In this document: positions 8,735-16,398 of the stretch, piece by piece
Position numbering within the stretch: position 1 is the first letter of the stretch
How the letters are laid out: each line of letters begins with the position of its first letter
Made by a program: the position numbers and the translations under genes
Source of the DNA: a virus
DNA length: 42,430 bases
Virus record (IMG/VR): IMGVR_UViG_3300031578_000123
Coordinates: 1-42,430 of that record
Strand: one strand, 5' to 3'
Notes under the pieces: generated by a model
Seen by the model: the letters and a program-made list of their open reading frames with translations, nothing else
The model's database searches: none
What the model was told of the DNA's origin: nothing

Positions 8735-9463
8735 TATATTATCCTCCCTATCGCAGTTAATAATTTCCTTGCTGTTATTAAACCTATGCCCTCTACCATA
8801 GCCAAATCCTCAGGTTCTTGAACCATAACCCTCCAAGCAGTCTCGAATTCTCCAATCAAAGCCTTTGCTCCTTTCTCACCAACCACACTTTTGTTGTGGT
8901 TATCTCTTATTCCCATAAGTGTCTGTATTTGATTATTCCATTCCTTTGGCACGACCTTATGCTTTATGTACCTTTTGAGCGTGGTGTGCTCTGGCTTTAG
9001 GGAATTATTGTGCATGGTTACCAAAGCCTGTGCTGTTTCTACCCAATCGAATGTTGGTAAATATGTAATTCCAGCCTTGTCTAGCTGGTATATCCAAGCA
9101 TAGAATAGAGCAATGCTGGTTCCAAACCTATGCCCTGGTATAAGGAACTTCCTATCCTTGGATAAATGCCATACCTGTGTTCCTGGCTTCTTGTTGTGCA
9201 ATGTACCATTGAACACTCCCTCATTCAGCAGATACATTTCATCCACTTCCAGCATATCCTTCCTTAGCTGTGTCTCTACATCATCCAAGCTACTCAGCAT
9301 TTCACCAGCCTGTTTCCTAGACACACCTATTCTGTGTCCATCAATGGCTATCCATGTATAGTCAGGTAAGCCTTTGTTATTGAATGAACCCCTGATGGTA
9401 TCAACAGATTGTTGGATGATGGATTCAATCTCTACTGGCTCAAAATGTATCCACGAATATCAT
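8734..9463 (-). CDS. ERCC4 (XPF/Mus81)-like nuclease domain plus C-terminal helix-hairpin-helix; needs a +1 shift at UUU-UGA (9445..9440) or is disrupted
   Basis: A strong RBS (AAGGAGG) and the ATG at 9463 give MIFVDTF then a stop. The +1 frame continues EPVEIES...LPDYTW...IGVSRKQAGEMLSSLDD (ERCC4-like pattern) to VEGIGLITARKLL (HhH). The track ORF starts only at GTG 9324. Confidence 0.6.
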
Positions 9464-9528
9464 GGATGCACCTCCTTTTGCAGAGTATGGGAAATTACAC
9501 CTTGCTGTCCCACATTGTTTATGTACCA

Positions 9529-10305
9529 TCACTCGCCTTGAATCATCCTTATGGCCTCTGCTATTTTATCATATGATGGGTCCTCAAACTCCATACCGAC
9601 CAGTGCAGTAGGCACGGATTGTTCATCAACCTTGCAGTAAAATTTACCATTCTGCTTGTAGGTATGCAGCATTAAATCCGTGGAATCACCAAGGGATGAG
9701 AAGCCTGACCTTTCCCTCTCTCCAGTTCTTGAGTCCTTAATCTCACCAGTCTTGAAGTCTGTCATTGGTTTGTACTCATCCCTTGAATGATGGGTTAACA
9801 CCAGGTTCTTGCCATGAGCCTTAGCTTGGTATATCAAACCTCTCATCCTGATGTTAGGTTCCCTGTATTCTATTGGAAGCAGACTCACCCTCAACCTGCT
9901 TTCACTACGAAGTAGGTTACCATTAGGGTCAAGCTGTATTTCCTGTTTCTCCTGTAAGTATGCTGTGCATATTGTTTCCCACAATAATGTACCTGTGTCT
10001 ATGACACCAGTAACCATTTCACTTTTCAGAAACCTTAGGTACTCAACCAAGAATTCATACCACAGTTCCTTAACTCCAGTAACAATCTTACTTTGCTTGA
10101 TGGTAACCTCATCTATGGTTCCCTGCATAGGTACTACGAATGGTTTAGTGGTGACAAAACCACCATCCGTGTCCTTCTTAAACCTCCATTTAGCCCTATC
10201 ATAACCACCCAAATCAAACTCAAGGTGTTGGATAGGTTTAGGAAATGTTAATGCTAAGGAGGACTTTCCCGACTTATCTTCCCCCCAAATGCCACAACAT
10301 ATCAT
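9529..10305 (-). CDS. Sak4-like (AAA_24) RecA-fold recombination ATPase
   Basis: N-terminal Walker A GIWGEDKSGKSSLALTFPKP and a size (258 aa) typical of AAA_24/Sak4. Confidence 0.8.
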   Translation of the reverse strand: MICCGIWGEDKSGKSSLALTFPKPIQHLEFDLGGYDRAKWRFKKDTDGGFVTTKPFVVPMQGTIDEVTIKQSKIVTGVKELWYEFLVEYLRFLKSEMVTGVIDTGTLLWETICTAYLQEKQEIQLDPNGNLLRSESRLRVSLLPIEYREPNIRMRGLIYQAKAHGKNLVLTHHSRDEYKPMTDFKTGEIKDSRTGERERSGFSSLGDSTDLMLHTYKQNGKFYCKVDEQSVPTALVGMEFEDPSYDKIAEAIRMIQGE

Positions 10306-10505
10306 TCCTTTACCTCTCCTAATCTATTCCTAAGCTCTTTAGCTTCATCACCATCCAATTCAACAACATACCCAGTATGCAGAAGGAATTGTATTTTGTC
10401 TTCCACAATATCTGTTCGGTATATGTCACCTTTAATAAAGGGTAATAGATATTCAATACCCTCTACATACATTTTGTGTTCGGTTCTGACATCATATATA
10501 TTCAT
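10302..10505 (-). CDS. Hypothetical protein
   Basis: 67-aa ORF, overlap-coupled on both sides. Confidence 0.6.
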   Translation of the reverse strand: MNIYDVRTEHKMYVEGIEYLLPFIKGDIYRTDIVEDKIQFLLHTGYVVELDGDEAKELRNRLGEVKE

Positions 10506-11344
10506 TCCTTCATCTCCTGTTCCACTATGCCTTTAGGACAATATTCCGCTACCTCACAATACCCTCTGCATCTATTGCCTCCCCAGCTTTCCTCATCATT
10601 GCATGGGTCAGGCAGGTATTGTGGATTCTCTTTATACTTTGATAATGCTATTAGGAGTTTATCCTTTTTCCAGTCAAAATAGTTAATAACTTCCTCATCA
10701 TCCAATCTCTTAATAGGCACCAGCTTTATGTTAAAGTCTATACCTCTAGTCCTTGCTATTTGCAATCCACCATCCCTCACTGTTACCTGCAACTGCATCT
10801 TACCTATCTTTAGTCCACGTCCTTCCAGCATCACCCTATACCTGTTCAATTGTAATTCCGATTCCCTTAGGTTAATGGTGCTTGGGTCAACGCTAAATTT
10901 AGCATCCTTGCCTTTACCTTCCTTGACTATACCAAGTGCCCTGACCATCCTATAACTACCCCATGTTTTGTAATCTATGAGGGTCCAGGCACCATCCTTT
11001 GGTTCCAGCAAATCAAATATATCATGTCCATCTGGACCAAGAGCAATCTCTGATGGGAGGTTTAGCTCCTTAGCTGCTTCCTCTAGCTTTTGGTGATGCC
11101 TTGTTCCTAGCAGGGCAAATGCTTTATTCTGTGGGTCTATGGTATAGTCCCTAGTTATCTTGAGGAATTCTATCATTGTTCCATTAAGCAACTGTGTGGT
11201 GCTTGGTACACCTGTCCATACCCTCTGCTCCGTGATGGCTTTTATTGTTGGTAATGTCAAGCACCTATCAGTGCAATGGTTTATGCAATCATCTATGAGG
11301 ATTGGGTCTGTTGCTTTTGGACATACTATCCACTTTGGTGGCAT
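10502..11344 (-). CDS. Cas4/RecB-like PD-(D/E)XK exonuclease with Fe-S cluster cysteines
   Basis: N-terminal Cys cluster (CPK...CINHCTDRC); LIDYKT (D-x-K) core; C-terminal CRGYCEVAEYC. Confidence 0.85.
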   Translation of the reverse strand: MPPKWIVCPKATDPILIDDCINHCTDRCLTLPTIKAITEQRVWTGVPSTTQLLNGTMIEFLKITRDYTIDPQNKAFALLGTRHHQKLEEAAKELNLPSEIALGPDGHDIFDLLEPKDGAWTLIDYKTWGSYRMVRALGIVKEGKGKDAKFSVDPSTINLRESELQLNRYRVMLEGRGLKIGKMQLQVTVRDGGLQIARTRGIDFNIKLVPIKRLDDEEVINYFDWKKDKLLIALSKYKENPQYLPDPCNDEESWGGNRCRGYCEVAEYCPKGIVEQEMKE

Positions 11345-11414
11345 TATCTATCTCCTTTTGTGCTTCTGCCTCCGCACGGTCATCCATCTTTACATCATAT
11401 GGTTCTGGCTTCAT
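11289..11414 (-). CDS. Small ORF (41 aa, MKPEPYDVKMDDRAEAEAQKEID...) overlapping the nuclease start
   Basis: ATG at 11414 with GAGGAGGTAACA RBS; overlaps 10502..11344 by 56 nt in another frame. Confidence 0.4.
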   Translation of the reverse strand: MKPEPYDVKMDDRAEAEAQKEIDNATKVDSMSKSNRPNPHR

Positions 11415-11855
11415 TGTTACCTCCTCTTCTTTTAGTGAGCCTGAGCCTACACTCCAGCGTTGTCCGCCTAGAACCTCTCCACTCCATCCGCCGTCAACCT
11501 GCCTAGCAGGATTGGCCAATCTGTCCTTGGCCTAGGCTCACCTTGCTCACCAGCTAGTGCAAAGTTTGTTTCCATTGCACCTTATCCCTGCCCTGTCGCT
11601 TTGTGCAGTTCCTAAAGGAATGTGATAAAAACCAACTCATTTAACACTTCAGGCTTAGATAGGTTTTCTGCCTTGGCCTGACTTCAATGACCACAGACAA
11701 GTCCAGAGGGCAACTCCCTATCGGTAGCTGGCAAGCTCTTGCTGGCTTGGTCTGTTTAGGTCTGCCTGTCATCCTTTTGGCTAACCGATATGCCTATGGC
11801 TTTGGTCTTTTCCAACCTCTCAGGACACCAGCAAGTCTTATTTAATTGTCAATGT
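11415..11855 (-). ncRNA. Candidate structured non-coding RNA or long structured leader (unclassified)
   Basis: 441 nt with no credible ORF inside a tightly packed operon. GC is much higher than the flanks (59/100 by hand count for 11456-11555). Several perfect helices, e.g. 11533-11552 with 11433-11449, hairpins 11514-11532 and 11498-11510. Strand assumed from operon context. Confidence 0.5.
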
Positions 11856-12491
11856 TCAGGGGGTCAGGATGTGCCATATACCATTGGTATCCTTGCTTAT
11901 CTTACCAGTGGATTCCATCTCAGGAAGGAATACCCTGTGTAATATGTTATCAATTAGCTTGGCATCACCCTTTACCACCGCATTCTGGAATACTAACTGA
12001 TTCCATTCCTCCTCAGCTTTGCCATCAAGGAGTTCCAATGCTCTGGCTACGGCATCCATAGGGGAACTCTGTATTGCACCTTCACCAGCTAGTCCAATTA
12101 CCTCCCATGCTTCCCTAGCTGTGGCCTTCCCCTCATCCCTGTTCCACATCATGTGACCAGAAGTAAGCTTCATGTGGTGTATCATGTTGACAGTGTTCCT
12201 AATGTCCTGGTTCTCAGGGATAAGTTTGGCTAGGGAATCCGCATATACTGTCCATTGGCTTACCTTCCTTTTGTTAAGTGGGAAACTTAACTGAGCTATT
12301 GGGAATGGATATGGCTCCACACTTTCAATGACCTCTATATCATTGTAGTTGAGGTTAACATATGTTCTGGCTGGTGGGAATCTATCCACCAGTTCCGTTG
12401 TAAACCTCTCCAGCTTACCTTTGAATTCCCTTAGTGGACTCCTCTGATACCCTTCTATTAAACCTCTGATGCTAACTAATTCTTCTGACAT
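11856..12491 (-). CDS. Hypothetical protein (211 aa)
   Basis: Long ORF with GGAGGGTGAC RBS, in the early operon. Confidence 0.7.
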   Translation of the reverse strand: MSEELVSIRGLIEGYQRSPLREFKGKLERFTTELVDRFPPARTYVNLNYNDIEVIESVEPYPFPIAQLSFPLNKRKVSQWTVYADSLAKLIPENQDIRNTVNMIHHMKLTSGHMMWNRDEGKATAREAWEVIGLAGEGAIQSSPMDAVARALELLDGKAEEEWNQLVFQNAVVKGDAKLIDNILHRVFLPEMESTGKISKDTNGIWHILTP

Positions 12492-12552
12492 TTAGTCACC
12501 CTCCTTTTTGGTTATGTAATCCTTTTCCAGTGTGAGTTTCATGGTTACTCCT

Positions 12553-12846
12553 TTATTGTGCTCCTGACAACTTACTTATTATATCCTTTACCAAAATCTC
12601 GTAACATGATTTTATGGTATCCTGGGTTCGTAGTATAATTCGTATGGCATAATCAATGGGGTTGGATTCTGGAGCCTTAACTTCACCTACACGGTCTGGT
12701 TCTTTCTGTTTGATGAATGTTTCCTGCATCTTCATCTTCAGGTTTGATGCTAATTCATCGAGTCTTGCTATTTCACTTAATAGGCATACTTCCTTGGGAC
12801 TTCCTTCTTGCGTAGGAAATTCAGGTGTGCTGTCTGTATTGTCCAT
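12553..12846 (-). CDS. Hypothetical protein
   Basis: 97-aa ORF with AGGAGGTATAA RBS. Confidence 0.6.
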   Translation of the reverse strand: MDNTDSTPEFPTQEGSPKEVCLLSEIARLDELASNLKMKMQETFIKQKEPDRVGEVKAPESNPIDYAIRIILRTQDTIKSCYEILVKDIISKLSGAQ

Positions 12847-12861
12847 TTATACCTCCTTTTA

Positions 12862-13056
12862 TTACATATCTATGATACGCACCGAACATGGTGAAAAACT
12901 ATCCTCGGTCATGGTCCCATTCTCTACCTCCTTAGGACAAGCATCAAGCAGGGTGTTTTTAATCCATTCTTTAACAGGTATGCTCTCCTGCAATGCTGCG
13001 TATTTTATGGCTATCTTTTCCTGGGAATCTGTGTCAATTATGATATGCCAGCCCAT
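12862..13056 (-). CDS. Small protein, possibly ribbon-helix-helix-like regulator
   Basis: First gene after a consensus promoter. HIIIDTDSQEKIAIKYAALQESIPVKEWIKNTLLDA has a beta-strand/helix/helix pattern typical of RHH (weak, by eye). Confidence 0.5.
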   Translation of the reverse strand: MGWHIIIDTDSQEKIAIKYAALQESIPVKEWIKNTLLDACPKEVENGTMTEDSFSPCSVRIIDM

Positions 13057-13088
13057 GTATCACTTCCCCCACTTGTGGGTGTATTATC

Positions 13089-13118
13089 ATTATAGCTCCT
13101 GACATAGCAGCTTGTCAA
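13089..13118 (-). promoter_or_regulatory. Consensus sigma-70/sigma-A promoter TTGACA-N18-TATAAT (leftward)
   Basis: -35 at 13118..13113 and -10 at 13094..13089 on the minus strand, about 30 nt upstream of the 13056 start. Confidence 0.7.
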
Positions 13119-13119
13119 G

Positions 13120-13162
13120 TTGACATAATCCTAACTGATTGACATAATCCATTTAACATAAT
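13120..13162 (+). repeat. Decamer array: TTGACATAAT x2 (13120, 13139) plus TTAACATAAT (13153)
   Basis: Direct reading. The first copy is back-to-back with the minus-strand -35 (TGTCAAgTTGACA palindrome 13113-13125). Confidence 0.9.
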
Positions 13163-13167
13163 ACTTC

Positions 13168-13181
13168 AGAACATTTGTTCT
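13168..13181. promoter_or_regulatory. Perfect 14-bp palindromic box AGAACATTTGTTCT (GAAC-N4-GTTC, Cheo/LexA-box-like)
   Basis: Direct reading; matches the Gram-positive SOS-box core GAAC-N4-GTTC. Confidence 0.6.
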
Positions 13182-13182
13182 G

Positions 13183-13790
13183 GTATACTTAATTATAACC
13201 ATATTACTGTAATAACATATTATACTATACACTGCCATTTGTTTGGATATTCCTTAATCTTAATTAACCAATCATCCAATAATACCATATCCTTAGTCTT
13301 TATCAATGTCCTATCTGATATACCTTTTATCTCAATGCCTTTATCTCTGGCTTTATATAAGGATATAATATATAGGATGGAATTTTCTACTATATCCTCA
13401 TATAAGGCAAACACAATAAATGGTGGTATTCCCGTCTTGATGTGCCATCTAATTAACCATTCCTTATCATATGTATCTATGTAAGGCAGGTATCTTTGAG
13501 ATAATTTCCTAGCTTTTATTTCCAACCAAAATCTATGCCCTTCTCCAATAACATATTTATCCACATGAAGATATTTATAATCTTTACCCTTATGAGGGTA
13601 TCTGATAGGTAATGGGTGGCTACCAACATCCCAAACTTCATAACCAGCTTTGGTGAATATCTTGCTGACCAAATCCTCAGCCTTGAGGCCTATTTCCAAA
13701 TAATCCTGAAACTCCATAAGCGTATTATAACCCTCCTAAATGTATACTCTTATTATCTATAAACAGTAATATGGCTATAATTAAGTATAC
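13183..13790. mobile_element. 608-bp AT-rich cassette bounded by 28-bp inverted repeats (27/28) carrying one PD-(D/E)XK-like ORF
   Basis: 13183-13210 gtatacttaattataAccatattactgt is the reverse complement of 13763-13790 with 1 mismatch. The interior is visibly more AT-rich than the genome. Confidence 0.5.
13220..13717 (-). CDS. PD-(D/E)XK nuclease-like protein (Hjc/endonuclease-like core)
   Basis: 165 aa; GLKAEDLVSKIFTKAGYEV...HVDKYVIGEGHRFWLEIKARK fits an E...D...E-x-K nuclease core; AGGAGGG RBS. Confidence 0.6.
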   Translation of the reverse strand: MEFQDYLEIGLKAEDLVSKIFTKAGYEVWDVGSHPLPIRYPHKGKDYKYLHVDKYVIGEGHRFWLEIKARKLSQRYLPYIDTYDKEWLIRWHIKTGIPPFIVFALYEDIVENSILYIISLYKARDKGIEIKGISDRTLIKTKDMVLLDDWLIKIKEYPNKWQCIV

Positions 13791-13841
13791 ACTAATATAC
13801 ACTAACTCTATGCCCTTAATACTGTTTATAGATACATATAC

Positions 13842-14126
13842 CTATGGCTTGTCCTTTACACCCAAGATAGCTTTTAGCTTATCTATACTATCATCCAAAG
13901 CGGAGTGCCAAGGTGTTTTACCTCCAGTTATTCGCACCCCGCATAGTTGGGCATGAATTGTTGTGAGCAAAGGTATTACATTCCTTAACATAGCATCAGC
14001 ACCATCTTCATAGGCAGTATACTTACCATCAGATACCTGCCTAAAGTGGGCATCAGCCAAGTCCACAAAAGGTGTATCTTGCATGGGAGTATGGGGATTA
14101 TTCCATCCTTCTTTAGGTCTCCACAT
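13842..14126 (-). CDS. Hypothetical protein
   Basis: 94-aa ORF with GGAGGTGAAC RBS. Confidence 0.6.
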   Translation of the reverse strand: MWRPKEGWNNPHTPMQDTPFVDLADAHFRQVSDGKYTAYEDGADAMLRNVIPLLTTIHAQLCGVRITGGKTPWHSALDDSIDKLKAILGVKDKP

Positions 14127-14262
14127 TGTTCACCTCCTTCTGATTAGTGTAAAATTCCTTATCCTTGTCGGCATCCTGTTTTAGCTTCCAGTATAGAAGT
14201 TCATCCCATCCTAGAATCTCCCATTTCTCAGTTTCTTGGTGTTCCTCTATATCAGGCATCAT
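14113..14262 (-). CDS. Hypothetical small protein (start MMPDIEE...)
   Basis: Internal ATG at 14262 preceded by GGAGGAGGAAA; the track ORF extends to 14301. Confidence 0.5.
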   Translation of the reverse strand: MMPDIEEHQETEKWEILGWDELLYWKLKQDADKDKEFYTNQKEVNNVET

Positions 14263-14378
14263 TTTCCTCCTCCGTTTATACTCATGTACATACCCCAGCA
14301 ACCACTACAAACATAATCTCCGTTGTATCCTACCTTTGGATTTGTTAGCATGACATCCTCTCTGCTTTTCCAAGCCAT
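14259..14378 (-). CDS. Micro-ORF (39 aa, MAWKSREDVMLTNPKVGYNGDYVCSGCWG...)
   Basis: ATGA-coupled to the downstream gene; below the track cutoff. Confidence 0.35.
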   Translation of the reverse strand: MAWKSREDVMLTNPKVGYNGDYVCSGCWGMYMSINGGGK

Positions 14379-14388
14379 ACCACATATC

Positions 14389-14562
14389 CTATGATGGTAT
14401 CTTACCTTGCTTTAGGTCCTCAATACAGGATTCCCATGCCCATATTTCATCAGGGGAAATAGATTTCTCCAGCCAAAATCCTGCTTCTTTTATTCCCGCC
14501 TTCTTGCCATCATCATATGCAATCCTGTAGGCTTTTTTTGCTGTTATATTAGCTTGTTTCAT
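14389..14562 (-). CDS. Small hypothetical protein (57 aa, MKQANITAKKAYRIAYDDGKK...)
   Basis: AAGGAGAGAAAGGACA RBS before the ATG at 14562; below the track cutoff. Confidence 0.45.
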   Translation of the reverse strand: MKQANITAKKAYRIAYDDGKKAGIKEAGFWLEKSISPDEIWAWESCIEDLKQGKIPS

Positions 14563-14577
14563 TGTCCTTTCTCTCCT

Positions 14578-15321
14578 TTATGGTATCACTCTAAATGTTA
14601 AATTACTCCTGGTAACCTGTATCTTCATTGACTTTATCTCCTCCTCGGCATGGCGAACCTTCTCAAAGGATAGAATGACCTCACCATCTTTATTGCTATT
14701 GACGGTTCTTATGCTGGTATCACACCAATCCTGCAGGATGCTGGAACCAAACATATCATCAGCACTGGAATATATCTGACCACCAACAACCATTGGCTTT
14801 CGGTCATGGTGTACTAATACGATGGCTACCTTGTACCTGTCTATCATTTGGTTGAGCCAGTCAGTTAGTTTCCTAATGTCATACTCATCCACTATTTTAC
14901 CAGACATGATGGAGTATATTGGGTCTATGATTAGGACTTGTGGGTGGGTTTCTTGTAGCTCCTTCTCGATGTCTGCTCCACCATAAGCTTTATCCAGTTT
15001 GATGTAGTGTTCGGTACGGAAATATAGGTTATCTGGGTACAGTTTGTTGCCATCAACAAATTTCCTAGTGCGTTTCTGGAACAATGCTTTTGGAATCTCA
15101 GTTTGCAGGATATACACGGATGATGGTACAGTTTTGTAGCCAAACCATGGGTTCCCTGTGGCTAGGGTGAAAGCCATGTGTACCACCAACATGGACTTCC
15201 ATGTTTGCCATCTACCAAACAGTATCATCTTGGTCTGTGGTAGCAGGATACCTTGGTCAATGATGTACTGTTGGTGTGGTGGCTGCCATGATAATAATTC
15301 CTTTAGGTTTTGGGCTTTCAT
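14578..15321 (-). CDS. RepA/AAA_25-like RecA-fold ATPase (replicative helicase-like) with atypical Walker A
   Basis: LFGRWQTWKSMLVVHMAFTLATG (Walker A position), VLIIDPIYS (Walker B), AIVLVHHDRKP; the layout is typical of AAA_25. Confidence 0.75.
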   Translation of the reverse strand: MKAQNLKELLSWQPPHQQYIIDQGILLPQTKMILFGRWQTWKSMLVVHMAFTLATGNPWFGYKTVPSSVYILQTEIPKALFQKRTRKFVDGNKLYPDNLYFRTEHYIKLDKAYGGADIEKELQETHPQVLIIDPIYSIMSGKIVDEYDIRKLTDWLNQMIDRYKVAIVLVHHDRKPMVVGGQIYSSADDMFGSSILQDWCDTSIRTVNSNKDGEVILSFEKVRHAEEEIKSMKIQVTRSNLTFRVIP

Positions 15322-15695
15322 TTACCATCGCCACCGTGTCCTTCCAGACCCAATTTCTTCTTCCACTTAGACACAGTGCTGGCATCTACCCTTAGCTTTT
15401 CAGATACCACAGATAGACTGCCATTTACCAATAGTTCCTCCAGCGGTTTGTTGTACTCCCGTTCCAAAGACCTCATTAGGGGAGTTTTCAGTGGATTAGG
15501 CTCACCTAAAGACCTCTGTTCGTTGGAAATACTTTCTAATATTTCCTCTTTGAATGAAGAAAAATGACCACATCTACGATTATTACCCAGCTTCCTTGCT
15601 GGTATCCATATTCCCTTTGGTTTGCAGTAATACCTTTTGCCCTTTGGTGTTAGGGACAGAATGATATTACGGCAGTTGGAGCATCTAACTCTCAT
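15318..15695 (-). CDS. DNA-binding protein: N-terminal Cys-rich region plus C-terminal HTH
   Basis: CSNC...C...C at the N-terminus; LSVVSEKLRVDASTVSKWKKKLGL is HTH-like. Confidence 0.65.
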   Translation of the reverse strand: MRVRCSNCRNIILSLTPKGKRYYCKPKGIWIPARKLGNNRRCGHFSSFKEEILESISNEQRSLGEPNPLKTPLMRSLEREYNKPLEELLVNGSLSVVSEKLRVDASTVSKWKKKLGLEGHGGDGK

Positions 15696-15722
15696 GGTAA
15701 TCCTCCTTTATTATAACCTTCT

Positions 15723-15896
15723 TTAGTCTTCCCTTGATGCTTTTACTCCCTTCAAATATGCATCTGTGCACAGGGAACAAGTTCCTGTGTAAATTTCCCA
15801 TAATGCGCATTCCTTTTCCTCACACTGGCACTGGTCTTTGAGGACAGCCCCATCTTTATCTAGGGTGTTACTATTGAATTTCAACGGGCATATCAT
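15723..15896 (-). CDS. Small Cys-rich protein (start MICPLKF...)
   Basis: Internal ATG at 15896 with AGGAGACAAGGAGGG RBS; 6 Cys in 57 aa. Confidence 0.55.
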   Translation of the reverse strand: MICPLKFNSNTLDKDGAVLKDQCQCEEKECALWEIYTGTCSLCTDAYLKGVKASRED

Positions 15897-16030
15897 TTTA
15901 TTTTCCCTCCTTGTCTCCTCCTTAATCTGTTTATTCCATGCCATATCCAATACACAATGAATAGGGTGAGTCCAGCCAGTATCAGTGATGGAATGAAGTA
16001 GTTTAGGATTATGCTGATAATGTACCTCAT
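15893..16030 (-). CDS. Micro-ORF, 45-aa membrane peptide (MRYIISIILNYFIPSLILAGLTLFIVYWIW...)
   Basis: ATGA-coupled at both ends; one long hydrophobic segment followed by an Arg-rich tail. Confidence 0.4.
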   Translation of the reverse strand: MRYIISIILNYFIPSLILAGLTLFIVYWIWHGINRLRRRQGGKIK

Positions 16031-16398
16031 GTTCCTAAGATATGGTGTAGGATAAAATAAACCAACTGTTTAGCTTCTGCTTGGTTCATTATTACAGTCC
16101 TTCCCAGCTTATGGTCATTGGTTCTCTGTGTCAGCCAGAATCCAGTATTACGGTACTTAACTATTAGGGATTTCCTAGGGTTATCTGTAATTACCATCAT
16201 GCTATTTATATCCTTAGCCATATCTTCCCCTTTGGCTGTGTATTCCCTTGGTAGATAGTCACAGAAGGTGGTAAAGCCATGATGACCTCTGTTATATTGG
16301 CACTGGAGGCAGACATCTGAGGTTACAGTACCACTTATACCATACTTAGGACACTCACCTGTAAGTCCATGTGTATCAAAGTGTATTTCCTTATCCAT
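16027..16398 (-). CDS. Hypothetical protein
   Basis: 123-aa ORF, coupled to its neighbours. Confidence 0.6.
   Translation of the reverse strand: MDKEIHFDTHGLTGECPKYGISGTVTSDVCLQCQYNRGHHGFTTFCDYLPREYTAKGEDMAKDINSMMVITDNPRKSLIVKYRNTGFWLTQRTNDHKLGRTVIMNQAEAKQLVYFILHHILGT

Noticed and set aside
11289-11519. 76-aa TTG-initiated ORF covering part of the GC-rich gap
   Set aside because: There is no RBS at the TTG and the composition is odd (Gly/Trp/Ser-rich). An internal ATG at 11414 has a perfect GGAGG RBS. The upstream part is better explained as structured RNA.
11415-11855. Hidden protein gene using a reassigned stop codon (TAG or TGA recoding)
   Set aside because: The frame contiguous with the downstream ORF contains both TAG and TGA within about 60 nt, and TAA also occurs in the segment. 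No single reassignment opens a long frame, and the rest of the genome reads well in the standard code.
13239-13484. Plus-strand ORF inside the inverted-repeat cassette
   Set aside because: It is antisense to the longer RBS-equipped ORF 13220..13717, its product is low-complexity Ile/Asn/Ser-rich as expected from AT-rich DNA, and it has no RBS.
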